Assembly: GCF_014841215.1 (NCBI RefSeq)
Contig: NZ_JACYTR010000019.1
Location: 14,177-78,176 of the forward strand
Length of the DNA: 64,000 nucleotides
Origin: Pseudomarimonas arenosa
GTDB lineage: Bacteria > Pseudomonadota > Gammaproteobacteria > Xanthomonadales > Xanthomonadaceae
Direction: 5' to 3'
Every line of letters starts with the position of its first letter. Within the stretch, counting starts at the first letter, position 1. Of this stretch, positions 19,898-28,623 are shown piece by piece. Both the position numbers and the translations under genes were made by a program. A model generated the notes under the pieces. It ran no database searches. It was not told where the DNA came from and was given only the letters and a program-made list of their open reading frames with translations.

Positions 19898-20994
19898 AGG
19901 GTCTGGTACAACTGCAGCGTGGCGAGCTGCATGGCCTGTTTGCTGGGCGCCTCGATCGGGCTCAGCTTGGGCGGAAAGCGCATCATCTCAATCGCCCGCA
20001 CCGCCAGATGGCTTGGTTGTTCAATCGGCACTGCGCCCTGCGGAAAGTAGCGACGCAGTGATTCGCCGACGCCGCCGTGATCAAAGCCAAGCACCGGGCG
20101 ACCCAGGCTAAGCGCTTCGACCACCGTGCGGCCAAACGCCTCGGGCTTGTTGGAGAGCTGCAGTACCAGGCGGCTGATCGACATCACCTCGCGGATATCG
20201 TGGCGTGGTGCGGAAATCGCCAGAGCCTCGGCCACCCCCAGCCGACGCGCTTGCTCGCGCAACTCTTCCAGGTAGGCAGAGCGCCCGTGCTCGTCGGCGC
20301 CGAGCAGCAACAGGCGGGCGTCACAGCCAGCAGCATGCAGCCGAGCCAGCAATTCGATGGCGTCGGCGTGGCCCTTCAGTCGCGTGCCGCGACCCGGCAG
20401 ACACATCATCGGGCCGCCCAACAGTTGCGGAAACTCGGCGAAGAAGGCTTGCTTCCAGCCCTCATCCGCCACATAGCCGAATGGAAACGCGTTGCTATCA
20501 ACGCCGCGAGGAATGGTGATCAGTCGACTCGAGTCGATCGCGGGATAGTGCTTCTGAAGATACTCACGCACCGTGTCCGACACGCAGATTACGCGCTCGC
20601 CGCGGGTCATGATGGCGCTGTAGTGCCCAGGTGAGTTCAGGCCGTGCACGGTGGTGATGAAATGTGGGCGCCTGCCGCGCAGGCCGTTCAGTGCCCACCA
20701 GGCGATCCAGGCCGGCAAGCGCGAACGCGCATGCACGATGTCCGGCTGCAGCTGTTCGATCAGGCGCCGCAGACTGACGATATGGCGCAGCGTCCAAGGC
20801 GACTTGCGGCCGATGTCCAGCGCGATGTGGGTGCTGCCCGTGGCCAGCAGAGGTTCCACCAGGCGGCCGCCGGCCGAAGCAACAAACGAAGCGCAACCGT
20901 GCTCGGCGAGCGCCTCGGCAATCTCCAGTGTCGATTTCTCAACTCCGCCCGATTCCAGCGCCGGCAGTAGTTGCAGGACGCGCAGTGCAGCCAC
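19864..20994 (-). CDS. Glycosyltransferase family 4 (GT-B, LPS core glycosyltransferase-like)
   Basis: GT4 C-terminal E...E motif region (KPEAFGRTVVEALSLGRPVL). 376 aa. Confidence 0.8.
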   Translation of the reverse strand: MAALRVLQLLPALESGGVEKSTLEIAEALAEHGCASFVASAGGRLVEPLLATGSTHIALDIGRKSPWTLRHIVSLRRLIEQLQPDIVHARSRLPAWIAWWALNGLRGRRPHFITTVHGLNSPGHYSAIMTRGERVICVSDTVREYLQKHYPAIDSSRLITIPRGVDSNAFPFGYVADEGWKQAFFAEFPQLLGGPMMCLPGRGTRLKGHADAIELLARLHAAGCDARLLLLGADEHGRSAYLEELREQARRLGVAEALAISAPRHDIREVMSISRLVLQLSNKPEAFGRTVVEALSLGRPVLGFDHGGVGESLRRYFPQGAVPIEQPSHLAVRAIEMMRFPPKLSPIEAPSKQAMQLATLQLYQTLCCPFLPESGG

Positions 20995-21002
20995 CGCCAG
21001 CG

Positions 21003-21200
21003 TCAGTCGGTCAGCTCAAAGCGCGCGCCGCAGTAGGGGCAGGTCGCCTTGCCGCTGGTCTCGATCGGCAGGTACACCTTTGGGTGAGAGTTCCACAGGG
21101 CCATGTCTGGCATTGGACAGGACAGCGGCAAGTCGCTACGGCCGATCCGGTAGATGGTCTCAGCGTTGGCGGGGCGCAAGTCGGCGGATGCGGTGGTCAT
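21003..21200 (-). CDS. Small zinc-ribbon protein (zf-CHCC-like)
   Basis: 65 aa with a C-terminal CPxCG ... C pattern (TCPYCGARFEL plus upstream CP). Confidence 0.45.
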   Translation of the reverse strand: MTTASADLRPANAETIYRIGRSDLPLSCPMPDMALWNSHPKVYLPIETSGKATCPYCGARFELTD

Positions 21201-21323
21201 GCAGGCGGTCTAGCTTCAAGAGCAGGCGCAAGTTTACACCGAGCTCAGCGGTGGGTTGTGGATTCGCCCGCACATGGCCAGCGCAGCGGGCGCCCGAGCG
21301 CTGTCGGGCGCCGCGTCATTCAA

Positions 21324-21896
21324 CTACGCCTTCGGCACGGTGGCCTCGACGGTGATCTCGATCTTGACCTCGTCGCTGACATTGGGGGCGTACTTGCCGA
21401 CCCCGAGCTCAGTGCGCTTGAGCTCGGTGCTGGCATCGAACCCGATCGCCGGGCGACCGCTCATCGGGTGGTTTTTCAGCGCATTGAGCTGCACATTGAG
21501 CACCACCTGCTGCTCGACATCACGCAGCTTCAGCGTGCCGGTTACCTTCAGTTGGTTGTCGCCAACCGCCTCCACCTTGCTGCTGGCGAACTCTGCGTTG
21601 GGAAACTTGGCGGTATCGAAGAAGTCCGCTGAGCCCAGATGCTGGTCAAGATCGGCCACGCCGGTGTTGACCTTGGCGAGCGGAATGCTGGCCTTGACAG
21701 AGGCCGCGCTGGGGTCAGCCGGATCGTAGCTGACTTCACCACTGACGCCGGTAAACAGGCCGACGATGGTCGACAGGCCAAAGTGGCTGTATTGAAACCG
21801 CACCTGGGTGTGGTTGGGGTCGATCTGGTAGGTCTCGGCCTGCGCAGTAAACGCCAGTCCAAGACTGAGGGCGGCAAACAGGGCTTTCATTTTCAT
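21324..21896 (-). CDS. YceI-family periplasmic lipid/polyisoprenoid-binding protein
   Basis: Signal peptide MKMKALFAALSLGLAFTAQA, then a YceI-like domain (ETYQIDPNHTQVRF...). The longer ORF-track N-terminus is probably not used. Start coordinate uncertain by 1 nt. Confidence 0.8.
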   Translation of the reverse strand: MKMKALFAALSLGLAFTAQAETYQIDPNHTQVRFQYSHFGLSTIVGLFTGVSGEVSYDPADPSAASVKASIPLAKVNTGVADLDQHLGSADFFDTAKFPNAEFASSKVEAVGDNQLKVTGTLKLRDVEQQVVLNVQLNALKNHPMSGRPAIGFDASTELKRTELGVGKYAPNVSDEVKIEITVEATVPKA

Positions 21897-22115
21897 CGTT
21901 TGGGTTCTCCAGGCAGGGCAGACGCAGGTGTCGGAGTGTCGGCACCTTGGCAAGGTTCCGTGGGTGGGCCATCACCGGTGCGCGAAGGCGTGCCGAGATG
22001 GTTTGCATGTGATACTGGGCGCAGTGTGACTGAATATGGGCTCCGAGACCAAGGCGATGGATGCAACGCAGCGTTGCGCCTCTAACGCGCGGCCAAAGGC
22101 TGTGGAACGGTCCGC

Positions 22116-23102
22116 ATGACAGCCTCTGAGCGGCGCCTGCTGCTGTCGGTGTCAGACCCCAGTCGCGGCAATCAGCGTCAGGCCGATGCCTTGGCCGAAG
22201 CCCTGGCCGAGCGTCTGCGTGCAGGTTGGTCGCATTACACGCTGCGCCCGCGGCTGCCTTGGAAATGGTTGGCGCCGCGCTGGCTGTGGGGCAGCGCGGC
22301 CGGGTTTGACCCCGCGTTCGCTGAGCGTCTAGATGCACTGCGTCCGTGCCTGGTGATCGGCTGCGGTCGACAGGCTGCTCTGGCCACGCGTATAGCGAAA
22401 CGGCGAGTTCAGGCACGGACGGTGCAGATTCTGGATCCGCGTCTCTCCTGCGATGAGTGGGACCTGCGTGTTCAGCCGAACCATGATCCCCATCGTGACA
22501 GTCGCACCCTGGTGACCCGGGGAAGTCTGCATCCGGTAAACCTGAGTTGGCTAGGCGCTCAACGCCAGGCTCACCCCGAATGGGGCAGTCGAGACGCACC
22601 GCGGCAGCTGATCCTGCTTGGCGGGCCGACCCGGCTGTGTCGCTACGGCGTGGACGAGGCGGGGTCATGGCTGCGGCAACTGGCGGACACGCCGGTCGGT
22701 AGTCGCTGGGTCATCGGCTCGGGGCGTACGCCGACCTGGCTGCGAGAGGTCTTTCGGGCCTTGCCCAGTGACTTGCAGTGGTGGACTGCCGATGACGGTG
22801 ACAACCCCTACGGTCCGGCCCTGGCCTGGGCGGATCAGATCTGGGTCAGCCCCGACTCGGTCAACATGATCAGCGAGGCGGCTGCGACGCAGGCCGAACT
22901 GCTGACCCTGCCCGTGCCGCGCCTTGAAGGCAGGTTGGCCGCCTTCCACCAGGTGTTGCGCGCCTCCGCGCGCGTCAGCCAGGGCTTGCCGCGCGGTGAT
23001 CAGCATAGCCTGGTGGTCGAGCCCTGGCACGATCTGGACGAGGTCGTCGAGCAGGTGCTGCAGCGGCTGTTTCCGCCGTCAGTGGCCAGCCGGCCAACAT
23101 AG
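22116..23102 (+). CDS. ELM1/GtrOC1-like (DUF1022) putative glycosyltransferase
   Basis: About 330-aa protein in the LPS neighbourhood with an ELM1-family-like profile. Low-certainty family assignment. Confidence 0.4.
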   Translation: MTASERRLLLSVSDPSRGNQRQADALAEALAERLRAGWSHYTLRPRLPWKWLAPRWLWGSAAGFDPAFAERLDALRPCLVIGCGRQAALATRIAKRRVQARTVQILDPRLSCDEWDLRVQPNHDPHRDSRTLVTRGSLHPVNLSWLGAQRQAHPEWGSRDAPRQLILLGGPTRLCRYGVDEAGSWLRQLADTPVGSRWVIGSGRTPTWLREVFRALPSDLQWWTADDGDNPYGPALAWADQIWVSPDSVNMISEAAATQAELLTLPVPRLEGRLAAFHQVLRASARVSQGLPRGDQHSLVVEPWHDLDEVVEQVLQRLFPPSVASRPT

Positions 23103-23156
23103 CCAAAGGTTATTTCCGCGCCATACGGCGAGGGCAGAACATGGGGCCCTCGAAGA

Positions 23157-23936
23157 TTGGATGCGGCATCGATGGGCGTGGGCGAGGAGTTCTGGCTGTT
23201 CGTGCTGGTCGGTCTGGCCGCGCAACTGGTCGACGGCGCGCTGGGCATGGCCTATGGCGTCACCTGCACCGGTCTGCTGCTGGCCATGGGGGCACCGCCG
23301 GCGCTGGCTTCGGCCGCGGTGCATAGCGCCGAGGTCGGCACCACGGCGGTCTCTGGCCTGAGTCACGCCGCCCTCGGCAATGTCAGCAAGCGCTTGTTTC
23401 TTAACCTGCTGTTGCCTGGCGTGTTGGGGGCCGCGATCGGCGCGCTGGTAATCGGCAATATCGACGGCCATGCGCTGAAGCCCTGGGTGGCCGGCTACCT
23501 TGCCCTGGTCGGCAGCGTAGTGCTGTACCGCACCTTTCGACCGCGTCCGGTTACGCCACTATCGGCCGACAGCCTGTCCAATTCGCGAGTGGCGCCGCAG
23601 GGCTTGATTGCCGGCTTCCTCGACGCCGTTGGCGGCGGCGGCTGGGGTTCGATCAATGTCACCACCCTGTTGGCCCGTGGCGTGCCACCGCGCTTCGCCA
23701 TTGGCAGCGTCAATGCAGCCGAATTCTTTGTCAGCCTGACCGTCGCCAGCCTGCTCTGGCCGGTGGTCGGTACACAGGTGCTGCCGATCGTCGGTGGATT
23801 GTTGCTGGGCGGCGTCCTTGCCGCACCGGTAGCGGCCTGGGCGGCGCGCAAGGTGCCGCCACGGCTAGCCTCGGGCTTATCGGCCAGCTTGGTGCTGGCC
23901 TTGTCGGTGACCACCCTGGGCACGCTGTTGATCTGA
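23157..23936 (+). CDS. TauE/SafE (DUF81) family sulfite/anion exporter membrane protein
   Basis: Two-repeat 4-TM topology with Gly-rich helices typical of DUF81. Confidence 0.7.
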   Translation: MDAASMGVGEEFWLFVLVGLAAQLVDGALGMAYGVTCTGLLLAMGAPPALASAAVHSAEVGTTAVSGLSHAALGNVSKRLFLNLLLPGVLGAAIGALVIGNIDGHALKPWVAGYLALVGSVVLYRTFRPRPVTPLSADSLSNSRVAPQGLIAGFLDAVGGGGWGSINVTTLLARGVPPRFAIGSVNAAEFFVSLTVASLLWPVVGTQVLPIVGGLLLGGVLAAPVAAWAARKVPPRLASGLSASLVLALSVTTLGTLLI

Positions 23937-23955
23937 CCCGGTATTCGATGTGCTG

Positions 23956-23984
23956 CTGTCATCCACCGGTCATCGGTGGGTCAC
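23956..23984 (+). promoter_or_regulatory. Pho-box-like triple direct repeat (CTGTCAT-N4-CGGTCAT-N4-GGGTCAC) upstream of the btaA-like gene
   Basis: Three 7-bp repeats at 11-bp periodicity matching the PhoB-box consensus CTGTCAT-N4-CTGTCAT. Ends 56 bp before ATG 24041. Confidence 0.35.
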
Positions 23985-24040
23985 GGCGCAGTCACTGGCG
24001 TGGCCTAGCGTCTCGAATCCGTGCATTCGAGGGCGACCGG

Positions 24041-25228
24041 ATGGCCGCGTGGCGTGAACGACTGGATCAGCGAGTGTTCAATGCGCTGACCCGAAACAGT
24101 CTGATCTACAACGCCTGCTGGGAGGACCCCGCAGTCGATCGACGCATCTTGGGGCTAAGTGATCAGGACGAGGTGCTGGTGATCACCAGCGGCGGCTGCA
24201 ACGCGCTGGACTATGCCTTGGCCGGCGCACGGCGCATTCATGCAGTGGATATGAATCCGGCGCAGAACGCCCTGCTGGAGCTGAAACTGACTGCCTTGCG
24301 CCGCCTTGAGTTCGAGGACCTCTGGTTGTTGTTCGGGGCCGGTCATCATCGCAAGGCCGGGCGCGTCTACAGGCAGGCCCTGCGTGGCGATTTGAGTGAC
24401 CCCGCCCGGCACTACTGGGACCAACGTATCCGCTGGTTCAGTTCGCCGCGCGGCAGCTTCTACTTTCATGGGCTTTCCGGCTTTGCCGCCTTCGGTGCCC
24501 GACGCTACTTCCGATTTCGTCCAGCCTTGCGCTGTGCCATTGATGCCATGTTTGCCGCTGAGAATCTGCAAGAGCAAGCGGCGATCTATCAGCACGAGGT
24601 GGCGCCGCGGCTGTGGAACGGACCGGTCAACCGGTTGTTGAGCTCGCAGTGGGTAATGAATCTGTTGGGCGTACCGCAGGCGCAGCGCAAGTTGGTCGAA
24701 TTGCAGCATGGCGGCAAGGTGGCCGGCTTCATTCAGCACGCTGTGCAGTACGTCGCCTGTCAGCTGAGTCTGCGCGACAACTATTTCTGGCGGGTGTATT
24801 TCCATGGCAGTTACACGCCCGAGTGCTGTCCGGAATACCTGAAACCACTCAATGCCGAGCGGCTCAAGCAGGGGCTGTGGGAACGGGTGCAATGGCACAC
24901 CGACACGGTGACCGGCTTCCTCAGCACTCACCGCGGCAGCATCTCGCGATTCGTCCTGCTCGATCATATGGACTGGATGGGCCTGCATCACCCACAAGCC
25001 TTGCAGGAAGAATGGGAATGGATCGTGCGTCGATCGACTCCAGGGGCACGTATTCTCTTGCGCAGTGCACAGGCCTGTCCGGGCTATCTGGAGCGTGTGG
25101 TGGTTGGCCCGGAACAACGTCGGTTGCGCGACCTGTTGGCGTTTCCTGAGCACGGCATTGACGACTGGCAGTCCAGCGATCGCGTGCACACCTATGCCGG
25201 ACTGGTGATCGCCGATGCGCCTGCTTGA
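24041..25228 (+). CDS. BtaA-like (DUF3419) S-adenosylmethionine:diacylglycerol 3-amino-3-carboxypropyltransferase family protein
   Basis: About 395 aa. DUF3419-like N-terminal Rossmann region (VLVITSGGCNALDY). Followed by an overlapping SAM methyltransferase gene, as in btaAB. Confidence 0.55.
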   Translation: MAAWRERLDQRVFNALTRNSLIYNACWEDPAVDRRILGLSDQDEVLVITSGGCNALDYALAGARRIHAVDMNPAQNALLELKLTALRRLEFEDLWLLFGAGHHRKAGRVYRQALRGDLSDPARHYWDQRIRWFSSPRGSFYFHGLSGFAAFGARRYFRFRPALRCAIDAMFAAENLQEQAAIYQHEVAPRLWNGPVNRLLSSQWVMNLLGVPQAQRKLVELQHGGKVAGFIQHAVQYVACQLSLRDNYFWRVYFHGSYTPECCPEYLKPLNAERLKQGLWERVQWHTDTVTGFLSTHRGSISRFVLLDHMDWMGLHHPQALQEEWEWIVRRSTPGARILLRSAQACPGYLERVVVGPEQRRLRDLLAFPEHGIDDWQSSDRVHTYAGLVIADAPA

Positions 25229-25944
25229 ACAGGTGGCGTGCTGATCTCGATGTGCTGCGCGCCATGCTGCGCGGCATGCCGAACAGCGGGCCGCAGCAGC
25301 GCCGCCTGGAACACTTCTACAGCAAGCAAGCCGCTGACTATGATCGCTTTCGACAACGGCTCTTGCCTGGTCGTTCTGAGCTGATCGCTTCACTGCCGAT
25401 TGCGCTTGGGGCAAGAGTCGTCGAGTTGGGCGCTGGCACCGGTAGCAATGTCGGTCTGTTCAGTCCGATGCAGCAGCGCGAATGTCAGTTCGAATTGATC
25501 GACCTGTGCCGGCCATTGCTGGCTGAGGCGCGCCGCGCCCATGCGGACAAGCCCAATGTCAGGCTGATTGAAGGCGACGCGGTGACCTGGCAGCCCGATC
25601 AACCGGTCGATCTGGTGCTGATGTCGTACTCACTGAGCATGATGCCGGCGCCGGACTTGGTAGTCGCCAATGCCATGCGCATGCTGCGTCCTGGCGGTCT
25701 GCTGGCGGTGGTTGATTTCTATCTGTCGAGTGCCAAGGCCGAGCCGGGTCGCGCCCAGCACTCGCTGGCCGAACGTCTGTTCTGGTCGCGCTGGTTTGCC
25801 CACGACGGTGTAGTGCTAGGCGCCGAGCGACTGGCGCTGGTGCAAGACGCGTGTCGCGAGAGTGTGCTCAGTGAGCGCCGTCATCGCTTGCCGTATCTGC
25901 CACTGTTGCGCGTGCCGTATTTTCTGTTTCGCGGTCAGGCCTGA
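25225..25944 (+). CDS. Class I SAM-dependent methyltransferase (BtaB-like)
   Basis: Motif I VVELGAGTGSN. Start overlaps the btaA-like stop (ATGA). Confidence 0.55.
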   Translation: MNRWRADLDVLRAMLRGMPNSGPQQRRLEHFYSKQAADYDRFRQRLLPGRSELIASLPIALGARVVELGAGTGSNVGLFSPMQQRECQFELIDLCRPLLAEARRAHADKPNVRLIEGDAVTWQPDQPVDLVLMSYSLSMMPAPDLVVANAMRMLRPGGLLAVVDFYLSSAKAEPGRAQHSLAERLFWSRWFAHDGVVLGAERLALVQDACRESVLSERRHRLPYLPLLRVPYFLFRGQA

Positions 25945-25989
25945 ATCAACGGTGTGGCGTGCCACGATGAGGCTTCTGAATTGCTTGTT

Positions 25990-26823
25990 TCAGCCTGCCA
26001 GCGGCCGCGGCGCCAGCGATCGCAACGGCAGAGGGTTGGGCTGCCAGTGGTCGACACGTCCCTGGTCGGCGGTGGCAATTGCCGTGCAGTGATCACTCCA
26101 GTGCAGCAGATTCATTCGGCCGTCCTGGTCTTCGGTGAGAGCCGTGCAATGCTCCACCCAGTCGCCGTCGTTCAAGTACAGCACGCCGTCGTAACTCTGC
26201 ACGTGTCCAAAATGGATGTGGCCGCAGATGTGGCCATCGTACCCTTCGTTACGGGCGTGAAGCGAAACTCTATGTTCAAATTGCTGAATGTAGTGCAGGG
26301 CAGCCGAGACGCGCGATTTGGCAATGATGCTGAGCGGCAGGTAGGGCAATGACAGGCCGCGGCGCAATCGGTTGAATGCTCGATTAGCCATGCTGAGCCA
26401 GCGCTGCGCATGTTCGCCGACCCAAAGCAGCCAGCGCTTGCCCATTGCTTCGGGATCGAATTCGTCGCCGTGACTGACTCGATAACGACGGCCGTCAGCA
26501 GCCGTGTGTTCGGCCCAAAGCTTGATCTCCACGCCACCCCAGGTTTGCCCGGCGAGCCTGCGCAACTGGCAGTCGTGGTTGCCGGGAATGTAAGTAACCT
26601 TGATGCCGCGGCGAGCAAGGCTCAGTACTTCCAGCATCACCTGCGTATGTTCGGCCGGCCAATAGTGACGTTTTTCCATTGCTTCCAGATCGATCACGTC
26701 GCCGACCAGATACAACTGCTCGCAGTTCAGTTGACGCAGGAAGCTCAACAGGTAGTTTACCCGACACTCCGGCGTTCCTAGATGAATGTCAGAGATGAAC
26801 ACCGAGCGGTATAGCGGCTTCAT
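25990..26823 (-). CDS. Calcineurin-like metallophosphoesterase, LpxH/PlcP-like
   Basis: FISDIHLG ... GDVID ... GNHD metallophosphoesterase motifs. Start at M9 (MKPLYRS) is preceded by AGGAGG. Confidence 0.6.
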   Translation of the reverse strand: MKPLYRSVFISDIHLGTPECRVNYLLSFLRQLNCEQLYLVGDVIDLEAMEKRHYWPAEHTQVMLEVLSLARRGIKVTYIPGNHDCQLRRLAGQTWGGVEIKLWAEHTAADGRRYRVSHGDEFDPEAMGKRWLLWVGEHAQRWLSMANRAFNRLRRGLSLPYLPLSIIAKSRVSAALHYIQQFEHRVSLHARNEGYDGHICGHIHFGHVQSYDGVLYLNDGDWVEHCTALTEDQDGRMNLLHWSDHCTAIATADQGRVDHWQPNPLPLRSLAPRPLAG

Positions 26824-26999
26824 CAGCACCTCCTGCGCACCTGGCAACAGGCTGCCTGCGCTTGGTCAACTTCGCATGTCGTTATGGTGAATCTTTTCTG
26901 ACTGCGGTTCTGAAGCCACGTAGCGACCGCGCCGTGGCATCAATGAATTGTCACAATGCCTGACCATACTTTGATGCCTGAACACCGGAGTGGTTGGTG

Positions 27000-28358
27000 A
27001 TGCGTCGCTTGACTTGCCTGTTGGGCATGCTGTTGCTGGTGAGCTCGGCGGGTGGCCAGGAACGCTTACGCTTGCATGGATCAAACACCATCGGCGAAGC
27101 GCTGGCGCCAGCCATGGTCGAGCGATGGCTGCGTGCGGAAGGCTATGATCAGATTCAGCGTCGTGAGATTGCGTTCGAAGAGATCGAGCTGATCGGACGC
27201 GCCGGTTCGAGCGAACTCGTGGTTGAGATTCATGCTCACGGCTCCAGTACCGGATTCGTCGATGTCGCCGCCGGACGTGCTGACATCGCTATGTCCTCCC
27301 GTCCAGTCAGGGCATCCGACCGTGCACTATCGCAGGCGGTTGCCGGGCTGGACCGGGCGGAGCAGGAGATCGTCCTGGCCATGGATGGCCTGGCGCTGAT
27401 CGTGCATCCCAGCAACCCGCTGCGTGGCCTCAGCAAAGGGCAGATTCGCCAGATATTTTCAGGTCAGCTGAGCGATTGGTCGCAGCTGTCTGCGGATATG
27501 CGCGGCAGGATTCGCGTGCATGCACGCGACGATCGTTCCGGTACCTATGATTCGTTCCGCGCCATGGTGCTCGGCGATGCCGACGTGCTGGAGGGCGCCC
27601 TGCGCTACGAAAGCACAGAAAAGCTGGCTCAGGCGGTGGCAGCTGACCCGCTGGCGATTGGCTTCGTCGGGCTGTCCGGCGTTCGCGGGGTGCGTGCGCT
27701 GGAGGTATCGGACGGTGCGCAGGCCCTGGCGCCCAGTGTCGAGAACGTGGCGGTCGAAGATTACCCCTTGTCTCGCCGCCTGTACTTGTACGCGCCGGAG
27801 CCGCGCAGCCCAATCGCCGATCGCTTTTTGCGCTTTGCCGTCAGCGATCAGGCTCAGCCGCTGGTGGAGTCGGTGGGCTTGGTCTCTCAGGCGATTCGCC
27901 GCTATCAGCCCAGACTGCGCCAGGACGCGCCTGAGGAATACCATCGATTGGTGAAGCAGGCCGAGCGCTTGTCGCTGAACCTGCGTTTCGGCACCGGAAT
28001 GAGCGTGCTCGATGGCAAGAACGTGCGCGACCTGGATCGCCTTGAGCGCTTCATGCAGCAGCCCGAGCAGCGCGGGCGCTCGCTGATCCTGCTGGGCTTT
28101 TCCGATGCCAATGAAACGCTGCCGATCATGGCGCTGCGCATCTCCGGTGATCGCGCGGATTTCGTCGCGCAACTATTGGTTCAGCGCGGCATTGATCCGG
28201 CGCGGGTCCGCGGGCTGGGTGGTGCGGCGCCGGTGGCCTCGAACGACAACGATCTGGGCCGTCAGCGCAACCGACGCGTCGAAGTCTGGTTGGGGCAGGC
28301 GGCTCCGGGTGTGGCCAGTCGTATAACCAGTCGCACCGCGTCAAAGGCCGCTCCATAG
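27000..28358 (+). CDS. PstS-like (PBP-superfamily) periplasmic substrate-binding domain fused to a C-terminal OmpA-like domain
   Basis: Signal peptide. PstS-like LxGSxTIGEALA region. C-terminal OmpA_C-like (GFSD ... NRRVEV). ATG 27000 follows GGAG. Confidence 0.7.
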   Translation: MRRLTCLLGMLLLVSSAGGQERLRLHGSNTIGEALAPAMVERWLRAEGYDQIQRREIAFEEIELIGRAGSSELVVEIHAHGSSTGFVDVAAGRADIAMSSRPVRASDRALSQAVAGLDRAEQEIVLAMDGLALIVHPSNPLRGLSKGQIRQIFSGQLSDWSQLSADMRGRIRVHARDDRSGTYDSFRAMVLGDADVLEGALRYESTEKLAQAVAADPLAIGFVGLSGVRGVRALEVSDGAQALAPSVENVAVEDYPLSRRLYLYAPEPRSPIADRFLRFAVSDQAQPLVESVGLVSQAIRRYQPRLRQDAPEEYHRLVKQAERLSLNLRFGTGMSVLDGKNVRDLDRLERFMQQPEQRGRSLILLGFSDANETLPIMALRISGDRADFVAQLLVQRGIDPARVRGLGGAAPVASNDNDLGRQRNRRVEVWLGQAAPGVASRITSRTASKAAP

Positions 28359-28397
28359 CGGTTCGATGTCGGGTCTATTGATCGCATCAATGACAAG

Positions 28398-28419
28398 AAT
28401 CCAATCAATCGATTGGATT
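28398..28419. promoter_or_regulatory. Perfect palindrome AATCCAATC-AATC-GATTGGATT (operator-like)
   Basis: 9-bp perfect inverted repeat with a 4-nt centre, in the 230-bp non-coding gap downstream of the pstS-ompA fusion. Confidence 0.3.
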
Positions 28420-28587
28420 TAAGCTTGGCGAGAGCCGACACTACGGCCATCGTCGCCCTGTGCGTCGGCAGCGGCTGAACAGCAGGCAGATCTCACTCCC
28501 GTCTGCCGCCGGCTCAGCCCCTTTGCTGGACCCTTTCCTTACGCCTCGGATAAAGAGCGCGACAGAAGCCAAGGTAAAACGGCCAGA

Positions 28588-28617
28588 AGCGCCCCCGGCG
28601 GGGCGCTTTCTTTTTTG
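28588..28617 (+). terminator. Rho-independent terminator
   Basis: AGCGCCCC-CGGC-GGGGCGCT stem-loop followed by TTCTTTTTTGG. Lies between the convergent pstS-ompA and lpd genes. Confidence 0.6.
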
Positions 28618-28623
28618 GTGCGC

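Noticed and set aside
26848-26999. Pho box in the divergent plcP-like / pstS-ompA intergenic region (TTGTCACAATGCCTGACC)
   Set aside because: Only one half-site resembles CTGTCAT. The second repeat is TGACC rather than TGTCA. Too weak to call without a PhoB matrix.
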